A stretch of DNA of 64,000 bases from Kiloniellales bacterium. GTDB lineage: Bacteria > Pseudomonadota > Alphaproteobacteria > Kiloniellales > JAKSDN01. Below, piece after piece: positions 8,129 to 25,674 of the stretch. Position 1 is the first letter of the stretch. Each line of letters starts with the position of its first letter. Under the pieces are notes generated by a model, which worked only from the letters and a program-made list of their open reading frames with translations, made no database searches and was not told the DNA's origin. Position numbers and translations under genes: made by a program. The stretch spans positions 8,769 to 72,768 of the forward strand of contig JBHJOF010000282.1 of the NCBI GenBank assembly GCA_050330055.1. The letters are read 5' to 3'.

Positions 8129-10197
8129 ATGGCTCGGACAGCAGCGAAAACCACGACCAAGACTGTCGCCAAATCTCGCCGAGACAGACGCAATGATGTT
8201 GCCGCGGGCAGGCCAGCTGATCGGCACCTGAAGGAGTTGGCTGCTTCGCGCTTGGTCATCGAGGCTGTCTCGCCGGAGATCAATGGCGGGCGCTTCCCTG
8301 CCAAGGCCACATTTGGCGAGCGCTTGACGGTCGAGGCCGATATTTTGTGTGACGGCCACGACGTTATTGACGCTGCGGTACTGTACCGGCCGGCGGGCGC
8401 GACTGGCTGGTCCGAGGCACCCATGCGGTTCTATGACAACGACCGATGGCGTGGTCATTACCTGATCGAGCGGCGGGTGCCGTACGAATTCACCATCATC
8501 GCCTGGCGTGACCTCTTCGCCAGCTGGTGTGCGGAGATGAAAAAGAAGACCGCCGCCGGTCAGCGGGTGAGCAGCGAGCTCACCGAAAGCCGCCGCCTGA
8601 TCGAGCAGGCGATCGACGGCGAGCGCGCCAAGAAGGCCGCCCATCGGCGTGCGTTGCTGGAGCTGCTGAAGGCCTTCGACGATGCCGAAGATGATGGCGC
8701 TCGTCTCGGCCTCCTGCTTGCCCCCGATGTTGCCGAATTGTTTCGCTCGGCCGGGCCGCGGACCAACCTGACGCGCTATGACAAGACGCTTCATGTCTGG
8801 GTCGACCGGCCAAGGGCGGCCTTTAGCGCCTGGTACGAACTGATGCCGCGCTCTCAATCCGGTGATCCAAAGCGCCACGGTACCTTCGACGACGTGATCG
8901 CCCGCCTGCCTTATGTCCGCGACCTGGGGTTCGACGTGCTCTACCTGCCGCCGATCCACCCGATCGGCCGGGTCAACCGCAAGGGGCGGAACAACAGCCT
9001 GACGGCGGGGCCGGACGACCCGGGCAGCCCCTATGCGATCGGCTCCGCCGAAGGCGGGCACGACGCCCTTCATCCCGACCTGGGCAGCTTCGATGATTTT
9101 GCCCGGTTGGTCGATGCCGCTGCTGCGGAGGGGATCGAGATCGCGCTTGATTTCGCCATCCAATGCGCGCCAGACCATCCCTGGATCAAGGAGCATCCGG
9201 AATGGTTCGACTGGCGGCCCGACGGCACGATCAAGTACGCGGAGAATCCGCCCAAAAAGTACGAGGACATCGTCAACGTCCATTTCTACCGCGGCGCCCT
9301 GCCGTCAATATGGTTCGCCCTGCGCGACGTAGTGCTGTTCTGGGCGCAGAAGGGCGTGCGGATCTTCCGCGTCGACAACCCGCACACCAAGCCGCTGCCG
9401 TTCTGGGAGTGGATGATCGGCGAGGTGCAGACGCAGTACCCGGATGTAATCTTTCTCTCCGAGGCCTTCACCCGGCCCAAGATGATGAGGCGGCTGGCCA
9501 AGGTCGGCTTCACGCAGTCCTACAGCTATTTCACCTGGCGCAACACGAAGCAGGAGCTGACCGACTACCTCACCGAGCTGACGCAGAGTGAATGCCGCCA
9601 CTATTTCCGGCCCAACTTCTTCGTCAACACGCCGGACATCAATCCCTACTACCTGCAGACCAGCGGCCGGCCAGGATTCCAGGTCCGCCTGGTGCTGGCC
9701 GCGACGCTTGCCGGCAACTATGGCATCTACAACGGCTTCGAGCTGTGCGAGGCCGACGCGATCGCCGGCAAAGAGGAATACCTGAACTCCGAGAAGTACG
9801 AGATCCGGGCCTGGGACTGGGACCGCCCGGGTAACATCCGCGAAGACATTGCTCTGGTGAACCGCCTGCGGCGCGAGCATCCGGCGCTCCAGGACTTCAC
9901 CAATCTCGCCTTCTACAATGCCTGGGACGATAACATTCTCTACTACGGCCGGCGAACGCCCGATCTGGCGAGCTTCGTGCTGGTCGCCGTCAACCTCGAT
10001 CCACACGCCGCGCATGGCGCCGACCTCGAGGTGCCGCTGTGGGAGTTCGGCCTGCCGGACGAGGCCTCGATCGCGGTCGAGGACTTGGTCACCGGCGAAC
10101 GCTTCACCTGGGACGGTAAGGTGCAGCATGTCCATCTCGACCCCGCCGTGCGGCCATATGCGATGTGGCGCCTGATCGGCGAAGACGGAGCGCCGTG

Positions 10198-10198
<1 letters not shown>
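8129..10198 (+). CDS. glgE: Alpha-1,4-glucan:maltose-1-phosphate maltosyltransferase
   Basis: About 689 aa. N-terminal RLVIEAVSPEINGGRFPAKA (GlgE domain N), then a GH13 core (VLYLPPIHPIG, FRVDNPHTKP, FLSEAFT). Confidence 0.9.
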
Positions 10199-13512
<3,314 letters not shown>

Positions 13513-13514
13513 GG

Positions 13515-15737
13515 ATGGCTTCACGCGCGACAGCTTCGGCGAACGCCCAGATGCCCGACCCGGCGGAAATCGAGGCGCTGGTCACGGGAGCGCATGGCGA
13601 TCCCTTCAGCATTCTCGGCATGCATGGCGGCGACGACGAACCGCTCACGGTTTGCACCTTCGCGCCACAGGCGCGCAACGTCGAGGTCACGGACCGCAAG
13701 ACCGGGCGCCGGGTCTCAGAGCTGACACGCCTGCACGATGCCGGCTTCTTTGGCGGCACGATTCCGCGACGCAAGAAGCAATTCTCCTATCGTCTCCGTC
13801 TCGTGAATGGAGGCGATGCCAGGGAGATCGAAGACCCCTATCGCTTTCCGCCGATCCTGGGCGAGCTCGACCTGCACCTCATGGGCGAAGGCACACACCG
13901 TCGCCTCTATACCCGCCTCGGCGCGCATCCGACGACGCTCGACGGCGTCGCCGGCGTCTCCTTCGTCGTCTGGGCCCCCAACGCCGCGCGGGTCAGCGTC
14001 GTGGGCGACTTCAACGACTGGGACGGCCGCTGCCACCCCATGCGCAAGCGCCATGAGGGCGGACTCTGGGAGCTCTTCATCCCCGGCCTCGAGCGGGGCG
14101 CGCTCTACAAGTACGAAATCATAGGCGCGGCGGGTCAGCTGCTGCCTCTGAAGGCCGATCCGTTCGCCTTCGAGCAGGAAGCACCGCCTTCGACGGCATC
14201 GAAGGTGCACGGCTTGCTAGAGCATCCCTGGGGCGATGCCGACTGGCTCGCTCAGCGCAGCGAGGCCATCGACACCTCAGCGCCGATCTCGATCTATGAA
14301 GTCCATGCCGGCTCGTGGCGGCGCGGCCAAGATGGCACACCGCTCGACTACGATGGGCTTGCCGAGGCGCTGGTCGCACATGCCCAGGATCTCGGGTTCA
14401 CGCATATCGAGCTCATGCCGATTTCCGAGCATCCCTTCACGGGCTCCTGGGGCTATCAGCCGATCGGGCTCTTCGCGCCGACCAGCCGCTTCGGCTCGCC
14501 CGAGGGCTTCGCGCGCTTCGTCGATCGCTGCCACCAGGCGGGCATCGGCGTGATCGTCGACTGGGTGCCGGCGCACTTTCCCTCAGACGAGCATGGTCTC
14601 GCGCGCTTCGACGGGACCGCGCTCTACGAGCACGAGGACCCGCGGCTCGGTTTCCACAAGGACTGGGACACCCTGATCTACAACTTCGGCCGGCGCGAGG
14701 TGGCCAACTTCCTGCGCGCCAACGCCCTCTTCTGGCTCTCGCATTTCCATGTCGACGCCTTGCGCGTGGACGCCGTCGCCTCGATGCTCTACCTGGACTA
14801 CAGCCGCCAGCCCGGCGAGTGGGTGCCCAACGTGCACGGCGGCAACGAGAACCTCGACGCCATCACCTTCCTGCGCGATACCAATTCAGTGATCCCAGCC
14901 GAGGTTCCCGGCACGCTCTGCATCGCCGAGGAATCCACGGCTTGGCCCAACGTCAGTCGCCCGGTGGAGCAGAACGGGCTCGGCTTCGGCTACAAGTGGA
15001 ACATGGGTTGGATGCACGACACGTTGGAGTTCATGCGCAAGGACCCTGTGCACCGCCGCTATCATCACAACCAGATGACCTTCGGTCTGCACTATGCCTT
15101 CAGCGAGAACTTCGTGCTGCCACTCAGCCACGACGAGGTGGTCTATGGAAAGGGCTCGTTGATCGGCAAGATGCCGGGCGATCAATGGCAGCGCTTCGCC
15201 AATCTGCGTGCCTACTATGCCTTCATGTGGACCCATCCGGGCAAGAAGCTGCTTTTCATGGGCGGTGAGTTTGCCCAGGAGCGTGAATGGAACCACGACG
15301 AAACACTGGACTGGCACCTGACCGATGATCCCAGGCATCACGGGGTGATGCACCTCATCCGCGATCTGAACCGGATCTATCGTGAGCTGCCGGCGCTGCA
15401 CGAGCTGGACTGTGATCCGGAAGGATTCCAGTGGATCGACGCGGGCAACGTCGAGGAGAGCGTGCTCGTCTACCTGCGCAAGGGCCGCAAGGGTGCAGCG
15501 CCTGTGCTGGTCGCGCTCAATTTCACGCCGGTGGTGCGCAAGCACTACCGCATCGGGGTGCCGTGGGGCGGCTACTGGCGCGAGGTCCTGAACACGGATG
15601 CCGCCTACTACGGCGGCTCGAACGTCGGCAATGGCGGCGGCGTCGAGGCCGATCCGGAGCCGTGGCATGGTCAGGAAAGCTCGGTCGAATTGACGCTGCC
15701 GCCGCTCGCGGCGCTCGTCCTTGCGCCGCTAGGCTAG
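13515..15737 (+). CDS. glgB: 1,4-alpha-glucan branching enzyme
   Basis: 740 aa. Motifs: [50 protein letters not shown]. Confidence 0.95.
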   Translation: MASRATASANAQMPDPAEIEALVTGAHGDPFSILGMHGGDDEPLTVCTFAPQARNVEVTDRKTGRRVSELTRLHDAGFFGGTIPRRKKQFSYRLRLVNGGDAREIEDPYRFPPILGELDLHLMGEGTHRRLYTRLGAHPTTLDGVAGVSFVVWAPNAARVSVVGDFNDWDGRCHPMRKRHEGGLWELFIPGLERGALYKYEIIGAAGQLLPLKADPFAFEQEAPPSTASKVHGLLEHPWGDADWLAQRSEAIDTSAPISIYEVHAGSWRRGQDGTPLDYDGLAEALVAHAQDLGFTHIELMPISEHPFTGSWGYQPIGLFAPTSRFGSPEGFARFVDRCHQAGIGVIVDWVPAHFPSDEHGLARFDGTALYEHEDPRLGFHKDWDTLIYNFGRREVANFLRANALFWLSHFHVDALRVDAVASMLYLDYSRQPGEWVPNVHGGNENLDAITFLRDTNSVIPAEVPGTLCIAEESTAWPNVSRPVEQNGLGFGYKWNMGWMHDTLEFMRKDPVHRRYHHNQMTFGLHYAFSENFVLPLSHDEVVYGKGSLIGKMPGDQWQRFANLRAYYAFMWTHPGKKLLFMGGEFAQEREWNHDETLDWHLTDDPRHHGVMHLIRDLNRIYRELPALHELDCDPEGFQWIDAGNVEESVLVYLRKGRKGAAPVLVALNFTPVVRKHYRIGVPWGGYWREVLNTDAAYYGGSNVGNGGGVEADPEPWHGQESSVELTLPPLAALVLAPLG

Positions 15738-15748
15738 GAGCCGCGTCT

Positions 15749-17829
<2,081 letters not shown>

Positions 17830-17833
<4 letters not shown>

Positions 17834-19656
17834 CCGGCCGTTTCGCCTATGAGAAGCGCTGGGGCGCCGAGCTGCTTGAGGGCAAGGATGTGCGCTTCAG
17901 GCTATGGGCGCCCGGCCTGAGCGACCTGCAGCTCGTGCGAGGCGATGGCGGGGAGGTCCTGCCGATGGCGCAAGATACTGACGGCTGGTTCGAGACGGTG
18001 ACCGATCAGATCGCACCGGGCGATGCCTATGCCTTCCGCCTGCCTGACGGCAAGCTTGTGCCCGATCCGGCAGCGCGGGCGCAGGCGGACAGCGTGCACG
18101 GCGCCTCGCTGCTCGTCGATCCTCGCGCCTACGAATGGCGCATGGACTCCTGGCAGGGGCGGCCCTGGGAGGAGGCCGTCATCTATGAGCTCCACACCGG
18201 CACCTTCACCGAGGCCGGCACTTTCGCGGGTGTTGCTGCGCGGCTCGACCACCTCGCCGAGACCGGCATCACGGCGATCGAGCTGATGCCGGTGGCGCAG
18301 TTCGGCGGTGATCGCGGCTGGGGCTATGACGGAGTTCTGCTCTATGCGCCGCACCGCGCCTATGGCGGACATGAGGGGCTGAAGGCTCTGGTCGATGCGG
18401 CGCACGCGCGCGGACTCATGGTCCTGCTTGACGTGGTCTATAACCACTTCGGCCCGGATGGCAACTACCTCCATCTCTATGCACCCGAATTCTTCGATCC
18501 CAGCCACGCGACGCCCTGGGGCGCCGCCATCGCCTACGGCCGTCCGGCGGTGCGCGACTTCGTCGTCGACAACGCGCTGTACTGGCTCGAGGAGTACCGC
18601 CTCGACGGGCTGCGCCTGGACGCGATCAACGAGATTCGCGATTCCTCGCCGGAGCACATCCTGGAGACCACGGCAAAGACGGTCCATACGCGTATCACCG
18701 ACCGGCAGGTCCACTTGACCACGGAGGACCACCGCAACGTCACCCATCTGCATGAGCGCGACGCGGCGGGCGCGCCCAGGCTCTATACGGCCGAGTGGAA
18801 CGACGACTTCCACCACGTCGCGCACGTCATCGCCACTGGTGAGACCGAAGGCTACTACGTCGACTATGCTGCCGACCGGCTGGCCAAGCTGGCCCGCGCG
18901 CTGGCCGAGGGCTATGTCTATCAGGGCGAAGCCTCGCAGTTCTGGGGCGAGGACTCGCACGGCGTACCGTGCGCGCACCTGCCGCCAACGGCCTTCGTCA
19001 ACTTCATCCAAAACCACGACCAGATCGGCAACCGGGCCTTCAACGAGCGGCTGACCGACCTGGTGCCGCAGCGCGTCGTCGAGGCGCTGACGGCGGTTCT
19101 CCTTCTAGGCCCGCAGATTCCCTTGCTGTTCATGGGCGAGGAGTGGGGAGAGATCAATGCCTTCGGCTACTTCACCGACTTTGACGGCGAGCTGGCCGAT
19201 GCAGTGCGCGAGGGCCGCCGGCGGGAGTTCTCCCGCTTCGCGCGTTTCGCCGACGAAGCCAACCGGGCGAAGATTCCCGATCCGAATGCGGAGAGCCCCT
19301 TCCTGTCGTCCCGGCTCGACTGGACGCACCTGGACGGTCCGGACGGCCGCGCGCGTCATGCGCTTGTCACCAGGCTGCTCCACATACGGAGGGAGGAGAT
19401 CGTGCCGCGTCTCAAGAGTATCGGCGGCCATTCCGGTACGTCGACCATCGGTGATGGCGATGCGATCAGCGTACGCTGGCGCCTCGGGGACGGCGCGAAG
19501 CTGACGCTGATGGCCAATCTCGGCGACCAGCCAAGCCCGGCACCGACGAAGCCCGGCGGTCGCGTGCTCTACGAGAGCGCGCCTGGCATCGCTGAGCGCG
19601 TAGGCTCGGCGCCGCTGCCGGGCTGGTCGGTAGCGGTCTTGCTGGATGATAGCTGA
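17830..19656 (+). CDS. treZ: Malto-oligosyltrehalose trehalohydrolase
   Basis: 608 aa. Motifs: VRFRLWAPG, IYELHTGTF, VLLDVVYNHFGPDGNY, GLRLDAI. ATGA overlap with the glgX stop. Confidence 0.9.
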
Positions 19657-19668
19657 GCGGTCCAAGGG

Positions 19669-21554
19669 ATGAAGAAATCGCCGCTCGACCGGCTGTCGGA
19701 AGCCTACGGTCTGCAGCTTTCGTACCTGAGCACGACAAAGGAAAGGCAGATGCCGTCCGCTGCGGCAAAGCTTGCGGTGCTACGGGCGATGTCGGTTTCC
19801 ACCGAGACTGACGAGGACATCGCGCGGAGCCTGGCCGAGGCGCCGGCGCCGATCGATGGGCGGATTGCCGCGCCACAGGGCATCCGCTGCTACTTGCCCG
19901 ACTGGCTGGTCGAGGCGCGCGCCTGGGGCGTCACCTGCCAGCTCTACGGGCTGCGCTCGTCGCGCAACCACGGTATCGGCGACTTCGAGGATCTCGCTTG
20001 TCTCGCCGAGAAGGTGGCGGCGATTTTGTCGGCGTCAACCCGCTCCACGCTCTTTTCACGGCGGATCCCGAGCGCTGCAGCCCCTTTTCGCCGTCGAATC
20101 GCAGCGTCCTGAACCCGCTCTATATTGCGCTCGATCACATCCCGGGCATCGCTGTCCCGTTTGCGGGCGAGGATGTCGCGCGAGCCCGTTTGCAGGCGTC
20201 GGACAAGGTCGACTATCAAGGGGTGGCGGCGCTCAAGCTAGGCAGGCTGCGGACGCACTGGCGGCGGATTCATGAGGAGCCGAGGCGTTGTAAAGAGGCT
20301 GCGCCAGAGTCCTTCGAGCGCTTTGTCGAGGAAGGTGGCGCGGCACTCCGCGATCATGCCCTGTTCGAGGCCCTGTCGCACCACATGGTCGCCCAGGGCC
20401 ACAGCGCCGGCTGGCAGGGCTGGCCCGAGGCCTACCGCAGTCCCAACAGCGCAGCGGTGCAGCGCTTCGCCGCCGAGCAGGCGGACGAAGTCCGCTTTCA
20501 CCTTTGGTTGCAGTGGCTTGCCGATGTCCAGCTCCAGGCCGCAGCCGAGCGTGCGCGCGCGGCGGGCATGCGGATCGGACTCTATCTCGACCTCGCCGTT
20601 GGTGCCGCGCCGGACGGTTCGGCCACCTGGAGCGATCCGGAACTCGTCGTCCCGGGGGCGAACATCGGCGCGCCGCCGGACGCGTTTTTCGCCGGCGGCC
20701 AGAACTGGGGGCTTGCGCCGCTGTCGCCGGCCGCGCTCCGGGCGCGGCAGCTCGCGCCCTATCGCCGCGTTCTGGGACGCACCACCCGGCATGCTGGGGC
20801 GATCCGGCTCGATCATGCCATGGGCCTGCATCGCCTGTTCTGGATCCCCCATGGCATGACGGCGAAGCAGGGTTGCTACGTGCTCTATCCCCTGGCGGAC
20901 ATGTTGCAGGCGCTGGCCGATATATCGGCGGCTCAGCGCGCGATCGTCGTCGGCGAGGATCTCGGCACGGTGCCGAAGGGCTTCCGCGAGCTCATGCAGT
21001 CCGTCAACATGCTGTCCTACCGCGTGCTCTATTTCGAATGGGTGCGTGGAAGCCTCCGCGCCGCCGCGTCCTATCGACGCAATGCCTTTGTCACCGCTTC
21101 GACCCACGATCTGCCGCCGCTGGCGTCCTGGTGGGCGGGCGCGGACATCGCTCTCTTTCGAGAGCTGGGATTGCTCGACTCCGCCACCGCCGAGCAACGC
21201 CGGCAGCAGCGCGCGCATGACCGCCGGGCGCTGATCACGCGATTGCGCAGGGACCTGCCAGGGCGCTCCCTGCCCGCCTCGCTCAAAGCGGACAGTGCCG
21301 ACGAAAAGCGTGGGCTGACGCAGGACGTGGCTGTCGCGATTCAGGCTTTCCTCGCGCGGACGCCATCGTGGCTGCTCGGCCTCCAGTTCGAAGACCTCTG
21401 CGGCGCTGAGGCGCCGGTCAATATCCCCGGTACCTGGAAGGAGTATCCGAACTGGCAGCTGCGCGCTCCTGCCTCGATCGAGGAGGCCGTGGAAAGTGCG
21501 CTGTGGACCGCCAGCATCCAAGCTGTCACCAATGAGCGGCCCAGATCAGGATGA
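19669..21554 (+). pseudogene. malQ: 4-alpha-glucanotransferase (amylomaltase) interrupted by a frameshift near 20009-20024
   Basis: The N-terminal 115 aa (...WGVTCQLYGLRSSRNHGIGDFEDLACLAEKVAA) read in frame 1. The conserved continuation GGDFVGVNPLHALF...SPFSPSNR... reads in frame 0 from the same G-rich stretch AAGGTGGCGGCGATTTTGTC. Combined length is about 628 aa, as expected for MalQ. Confidence 0.8.
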
Positions 21555-24298
21555 CCACGCCCACCGCGACCTATCGTCTCCAGCTCCGCAACGGGATGGA
21601 CTTTGCGCGAACCGCAGCCCTCGCCGGCTATCTGGCGCGCTTGGGAGTCAGCCATCTCTATGCCTCGCCGCTGTTCGCCGCCACACCGGGCTCGAGCCAT
21701 GGCTATGACGGCGTCGACTTCGCCGCGATGGACCCGGCGCTCGGCGGCGAGGCCGGGTTCGAGGATTTGTCCCATGCGCTCGATCAGGCCGGACTCTCCT
21801 TGCTGCTCGACTTCGTCCCCAATCACATGGCGGCGGCGGATGGCAATCGCTGGTGGCAGGCCGTGCTGGAGTGGGGCGTGGAGGATCCCCATGCTTCCAA
21901 GTTCGACATTGATTGGTCCGCCCCGAAGCTCCTGCTCCCTATTCTTGACGTGCCTTACAGCGAGGCTGTGAGGGATGACATCCTCGGACTCCAGTTCGAC
22001 CCGGAGAGAGGGAGCTTCGCCCTGACCTGCTATGACCATCACCTGCCGCTGACGCCACCGTCCTACGCCAGGCTTCTGGCGCGTGTTGCCGATTCCGCCG
22101 TCGCCGACCTCGCTGACGCCTTCGCAGCCACCAGCGTCGACTGGGCTGACGCTCTCAAGCAGCGGCTGGCTGCGCTTGCGGCAAAGCCCGGGATTGAAAC
22201 GGCGATCAATGCAACGCTGTCGGCTGCCGGGAGCGACCCCGACGCCCTGCACGAGATACACGAGGCGCAGATCTGGCGGCTCACGCACTGGCGTCTTGGG
22301 CGCGAGGCGCTGACCTACCGGCGCTTTTTCGAGATCGCCGAGTTGATCGGCCTGCGCGTCGAGGACCCGGTCGTGTTCGACGCCATTCACGCCCGTCTCT
22401 TGGAGTTGATTGCAACGGGCCGCATTGCCGGCGTGCGGGTCGACCACATCGACGGGCTGGCCGATCCCAAGGCCTATCTCGAGCGCCTGCAGCGGGCTGC
22501 AAGCCAAGCTTCGCCGCTCTACCTGCTAGTCGAAAAGATCCTGGAGCCGGACGAGGCCTTGCCGCCGGACTGGCCGGTTGCCGGAACCACGGGATACGAG
22601 TTCATTGCCGCCCTTGCCGGCCTCTTCGTCGATCGCGAGCGCGAGTCGGAAATGAGACAGGCCTATCAGGGCTTCACGGGCGATTCAGCCCCCTACGGCA
22701 AGGCGGCCCGCGCCTGCAAGCGGGAAATCTTCGAGCACAACCTGGCGGCCGAGCTCTCCGTGCTGACGGACGCGGCACAGGCGATCGCTGCGCGCAGTAT
22801 CCGCACGCGCGATCTTGGCCCTGACAGCCTGCGGCGCGCCATCGTCGAGCTCGCCGCGGCGCTTCCCGTCTATCGCACCTATGTTGACTCCACCGGACCC
22901 GACGCCCACGATCGCGCCTTGATCGAACAGGCTGCCACGAGCGCCAAGGCGTCCCGCAACGTGGAGAATGCATCGGCGATCGACTTCATCGCGCGACTGC
23001 TGCGGCTCGACGTCGACGACAGCGCGGACCGCGACGCGGCTCTCGCCTTCACGACACGGTTCCAGCAGACCAGCGGCCCCGTGATGGCCAAAGGAATCGA
23101 GGACACCCTGTTCTATCGCCACAATTGCCTGATCGCGCTCAACGAGGTGGGTGGCGCGCCCGACCGCTACGGGATGCCGCTGTCGGCTTTTCACGAGGCA
23201 ATGGCTGCTCGGCGGCGCAGGCAGCCCGCCGGGCTGTCCGCCACCGGCACCCACGACACCAAGCGAGGCGAGGACGCCCGCGCCCGTCTCTACGTGTTGA
23301 GCGAGATGCCGGACGCCTGGCGGCGGGCCGTCGCCCGCTGGGCCGCGCTGAATGCGCCCCATCGCACCGAGCTCGCCAGCGGCCCGGCGCCCGAGCCAGC
23401 CATGGAGTGGCTGTTCTACCAGGCGCTGGCTGGCGCTTGGCCGTGCGGGCTGTCATCCACTGACGAACCGGGGCTCGCCGCGCTTCGCGCACGCATGCTC
23501 GCCTACATGGAAAAGGCAGTCCGCGAGGCGAAGCTTCGCACAAGCTGGACCAATCCGGACGTCCCCTACGAGAAGGCGATTTCGGCCTTCATCACTGGCG
23601 CCTTATCTAGGAATACCGGCGAAGAGTTCCTTTCAGATTTCGAGGACACCTGCAGGCCGGTTTGGCGTGCCGGCGCGATCAACAGCTTGGCGCAACTTGC
23701 CATCAAGCTGGCTGCGCCGGGCGTGCCCGACATCTATCAGGGTGCCGAACTTTGGGATTTCAGCCTGGTCGACCCTGACAACCGGACGCCGGTGGACTTT
23801 GGCATCCGACAGCACTTGTTGGAAGCAGTCGTGGACGCTGAACCTCAAGCACTGCTCGGGGACTGGGCCACTGGCGCGCCCAAACTGGCGCTGACCGCGG
23901 CGGGGCTGCGCCTGCGACGGGAGCGCCCGGCGCTGTTTGCCTCTGGGAGCTATCTGCCCTTGTCGAGCGTTGGAGACGGCGCCCGACACGTCGTCGCCTT
24001 CGCGCGCCTACTTGATGATGCCTTCGTCGTAGTCATTGCGCCGCGCTTCGTCCTTGCGCTGACCGAGGGCGCAGATCGGCCATTGGTGCCGCCAGACCGC
24101 TGGGGTGACACGGCAGTTGCCCTGCCCGAAAGCCTGCGCAGCCGCCAGATGCGCGATGCACTGACTAGCGCCGTTCACGAGGCCGGCAGTTCGCTCCGCT
24201 TGGCCGAGGCGCTGCGCCACATGCCGGTCGCGCTGCTGGCGGATAGGGGCCATGAGCCTTCAGGCTCACCCTGCCGCCGACCCGGGCCTACCCTCTAG
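21551..24298 (+). CDS. treY: Malto-oligosyltrehalose synthase
   Basis: 915 aa. N-terminus ATYRLQLRNGMDFARTAALAGYLARLGVSHLYASPLF, plus VRVDHIDGL and TGTHDTKRGEDARAR. ATGA overlap with the malQ stop. Confidence 0.9.
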   Translation: MTTPTATYRLQLRNGMDFARTAALAGYLARLGVSHLYASPLFAATPGSSHGYDGVDFAAMDPALGGEAGFEDLSHALDQAGLSLLLDFVPNHMAAADGNRWWQAVLEWGVEDPHASKFDIDWSAPKLLLPILDVPYSEAVRDDILGLQFDPERGSFALTCYDHHLPLTPPSYARLLARVADSAVADLADAFAATSVDWADALKQRLAALAAKPGIETAINATLSAAGSDPDALHEIHEAQIWRLTHWRLGREALTYRRFFEIAELIGLRVEDPVVFDAIHARLLELIATGRIAGVRVDHIDGLADPKAYLERLQRAASQASPLYLLVEKILEPDEALPPDWPVAGTTGYEFIAALAGLFVDRERESEMRQAYQGFTGDSAPYGKAARACKREIFEHNLAAELSVLTDAAQAIAARSIRTRDLGPDSLRRAIVELAAALPVYRTYVDSTGPDAHDRALIEQAATSAKASRNVENASAIDFIARLLRLDVDDSADRDAALAFTTRFQQTSGPVMAKGIEDTLFYRHNCLIALNEVGGAPDRYGMPLSAFHEAMAARRRRQPAGLSATGTHDTKRGEDARARLYVLSEMPDAWRRAVARWAALNAPHRTELASGPAPEPAMEWLFYQALAGAWPCGLSSTDEPGLAALRARMLAYMEKAVREAKLRTSWTNPDVPYEKAISAFITGALSRNTGEEFLSDFEDTCRPVWRAGAINSLAQLAIKLAAPGVPDIYQGAELWDFSLVDPDNRTPVDFGIRQHLLEAVVDAEPQALLGDWATGAPKLALTAAGLRLRRERPALFASGSYLPLSSVGDGARHVVAFARLLDDAFVVVIAPRFVLALTEGADRPLVPPDRWGDTAVALPESLRSRQMRDALTSAVHEAGSSLRLAEALRHMPVALLADRGHEPSGSPCRRPGPTL

Positions 24299-24671
24299 GG
24301 CCCTTGCCGTCCGCATGCGCGGAGGGCTGATCGGCGCTTGTTCAACATGGGTGATCGTGTGCCGCACCGCCGGTTCAGCAAGATTCGACATAAGTGGTTG
24401 CGGGCCCCGATATGGACCTGCCTTCCATTCATCACGCCGGCCCTTTCCCGATCCCAGTTACGTCCGCGGCGGAATGGACCGACAGTCCGGCAAGATCGGG
24501 AGCTTGAGCGACCCCGGGTGCGTCTCATCTGCAGTATGTATGCACCCGCATCGCGCGCTTTCCTGTCCTGCCGTCCAAGCGTCGCTGCGCCGCGGGAGCA
24601 AGGTCTTGATAGCAATGAGAAAAACAGGACAGTCTTGTGCGCCTAGTTCCGACTCGGGATTACTGAATGAA

Positions 24672-25670
24672 ATGAGCGACTTAAGCCAAAAGCTCTCCAC
24701 CGCGCCCATGATGGACTGGACCGACCGGTATGACCGCGTCTTCCTGCGGCTGATCTCGCGGCGCGTCCTGCTCTACACCGAGATGATCCCGACCGGCGCC
24801 ATCCTGCGCGGCGACCGCGAGCGCTTTCTCGCCTTCGACCCGGCCGAGCGGCCCCTGGCGCTGCAGCTTGGCGGGGCCGAGCCGGAGGCGCTGGCCGACT
24901 GCGCGGCGATCGCCGCGGAACGCGGCTTCGACGAGATCAACCTCAACGTCGGCTGTCCCAGCGACCGGGTGCAGAACGCACGCTTCGGCGCCTGCCTGAT
25001 GGCCGAGCCGGAGCTGGTGGCGCGCTGCGTCGCGGCCATGCGGCGCGCGGCCGGAGCGGTGCCGGTCACGGTCAAGACCCGCATCGGCATCGACGATCGC
25101 GACAGCTATGCCGAGCTCAGGGACTTCGTCGCCGCGCAGGCCGAGGCGGGCTGCGAGCGCGTCATCGTGCATGCCCGCAAGGCCTGGCTGCAGGGCCTCA
25201 GCCCGAAGCAGAACCGTGAGCTGCCGCCGCTCGACTACGAGCGGGTCTATGCCTTGAAGCGCGACTTCCCGGACCTTGCTGTCGTGCTGAACGGCGGCGT
25301 CACCACGCTCGACCAGGCCGCAGCCCATCTCGCCCGGGTCGACGGCGTGATGATCGGCCGCGCCGCCTATCAGAATCCCTACATCCTGGCCGAGGCCGAC
25401 CGCCGCTTCTTCGGTGACAGCGAGCCGCCGCCGAGCCGCGAGCAGGTGGTCGAGCGCCTCTTGCCCTACGCCCGCGCCCAGGTGACCCAGGGCGTGCCGG
25501 TCCAGGCCATCACCCGCCACATCCTCGGCCTGTTCAACGGCCTGCCGGGCGCCCGCCTGTGGCGCCGCGCACTGAGCGAGGGCGCATGCCGGCCCGGTGC
25601 CGGGGCGGAGGTGATCGAACAGGCGCTGGAGCAGCTGCTCGTCGTGCAGCGGCGCCGCGCCGCGGCCTGA
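24672..25670 (+). CDS. dusA: tRNA-dihydrouridine(20/20a) synthase
   Basis: STAPMMDWTDRYDRVFLRLISRRVLLYTEMI, INLNVGCPSDRV and HARKAWLQGLSPKQNR are typical DusA. The 420-nt N-terminal extension in the ORF track has no DusA-like sequence. Confidence 0.9.
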   Translation: MSDLSQKLSTAPMMDWTDRYDRVFLRLISRRVLLYTEMIPTGAILRGDRERFLAFDPAERPLALQLGGAEPEALADCAAIAAERGFDEINLNVGCPSDRVQNARFGACLMAEPELVARCVAAMRRAAGAVPVTVKTRIGIDDRDSYAELRDFVAAQAEAGCERVIVHARKAWLQGLSPKQNRELPPLDYERVYALKRDFPDLAVVLNGGVTTLDQAAAHLARVDGVMIGRAAYQNPYILAEADRRFFGDSEPPPSREQVVERLLPYARAQVTQGVPVQAITRHILGLFNGLPGARLWRRALSEGACRPGAGAEVIEQALEQLLVVQRRRAAA

Positions 25671-25674
25671 TCGG

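Noticed and set aside
15431-15748. N-terminal 106-aa extension of glgX given in the ORF track
   Set aside because: It would overlap glgB by about 300 nt and is low-complexity Arg/Gly/Ala sequence. A TTG with AGGAG at 15749 gives a canonical GlgX N-terminus.
24252-24671. 140-aa N-terminal extension of dusA, and the possibility of a dusA-targeting integrative element
   Set aside because: The extension has no DusA similarity, and DusA homology starts at the ATG at 24672. The 5' end of dusA is a known integration hotspot, but I see no integrase, repeats or foreign genes here.
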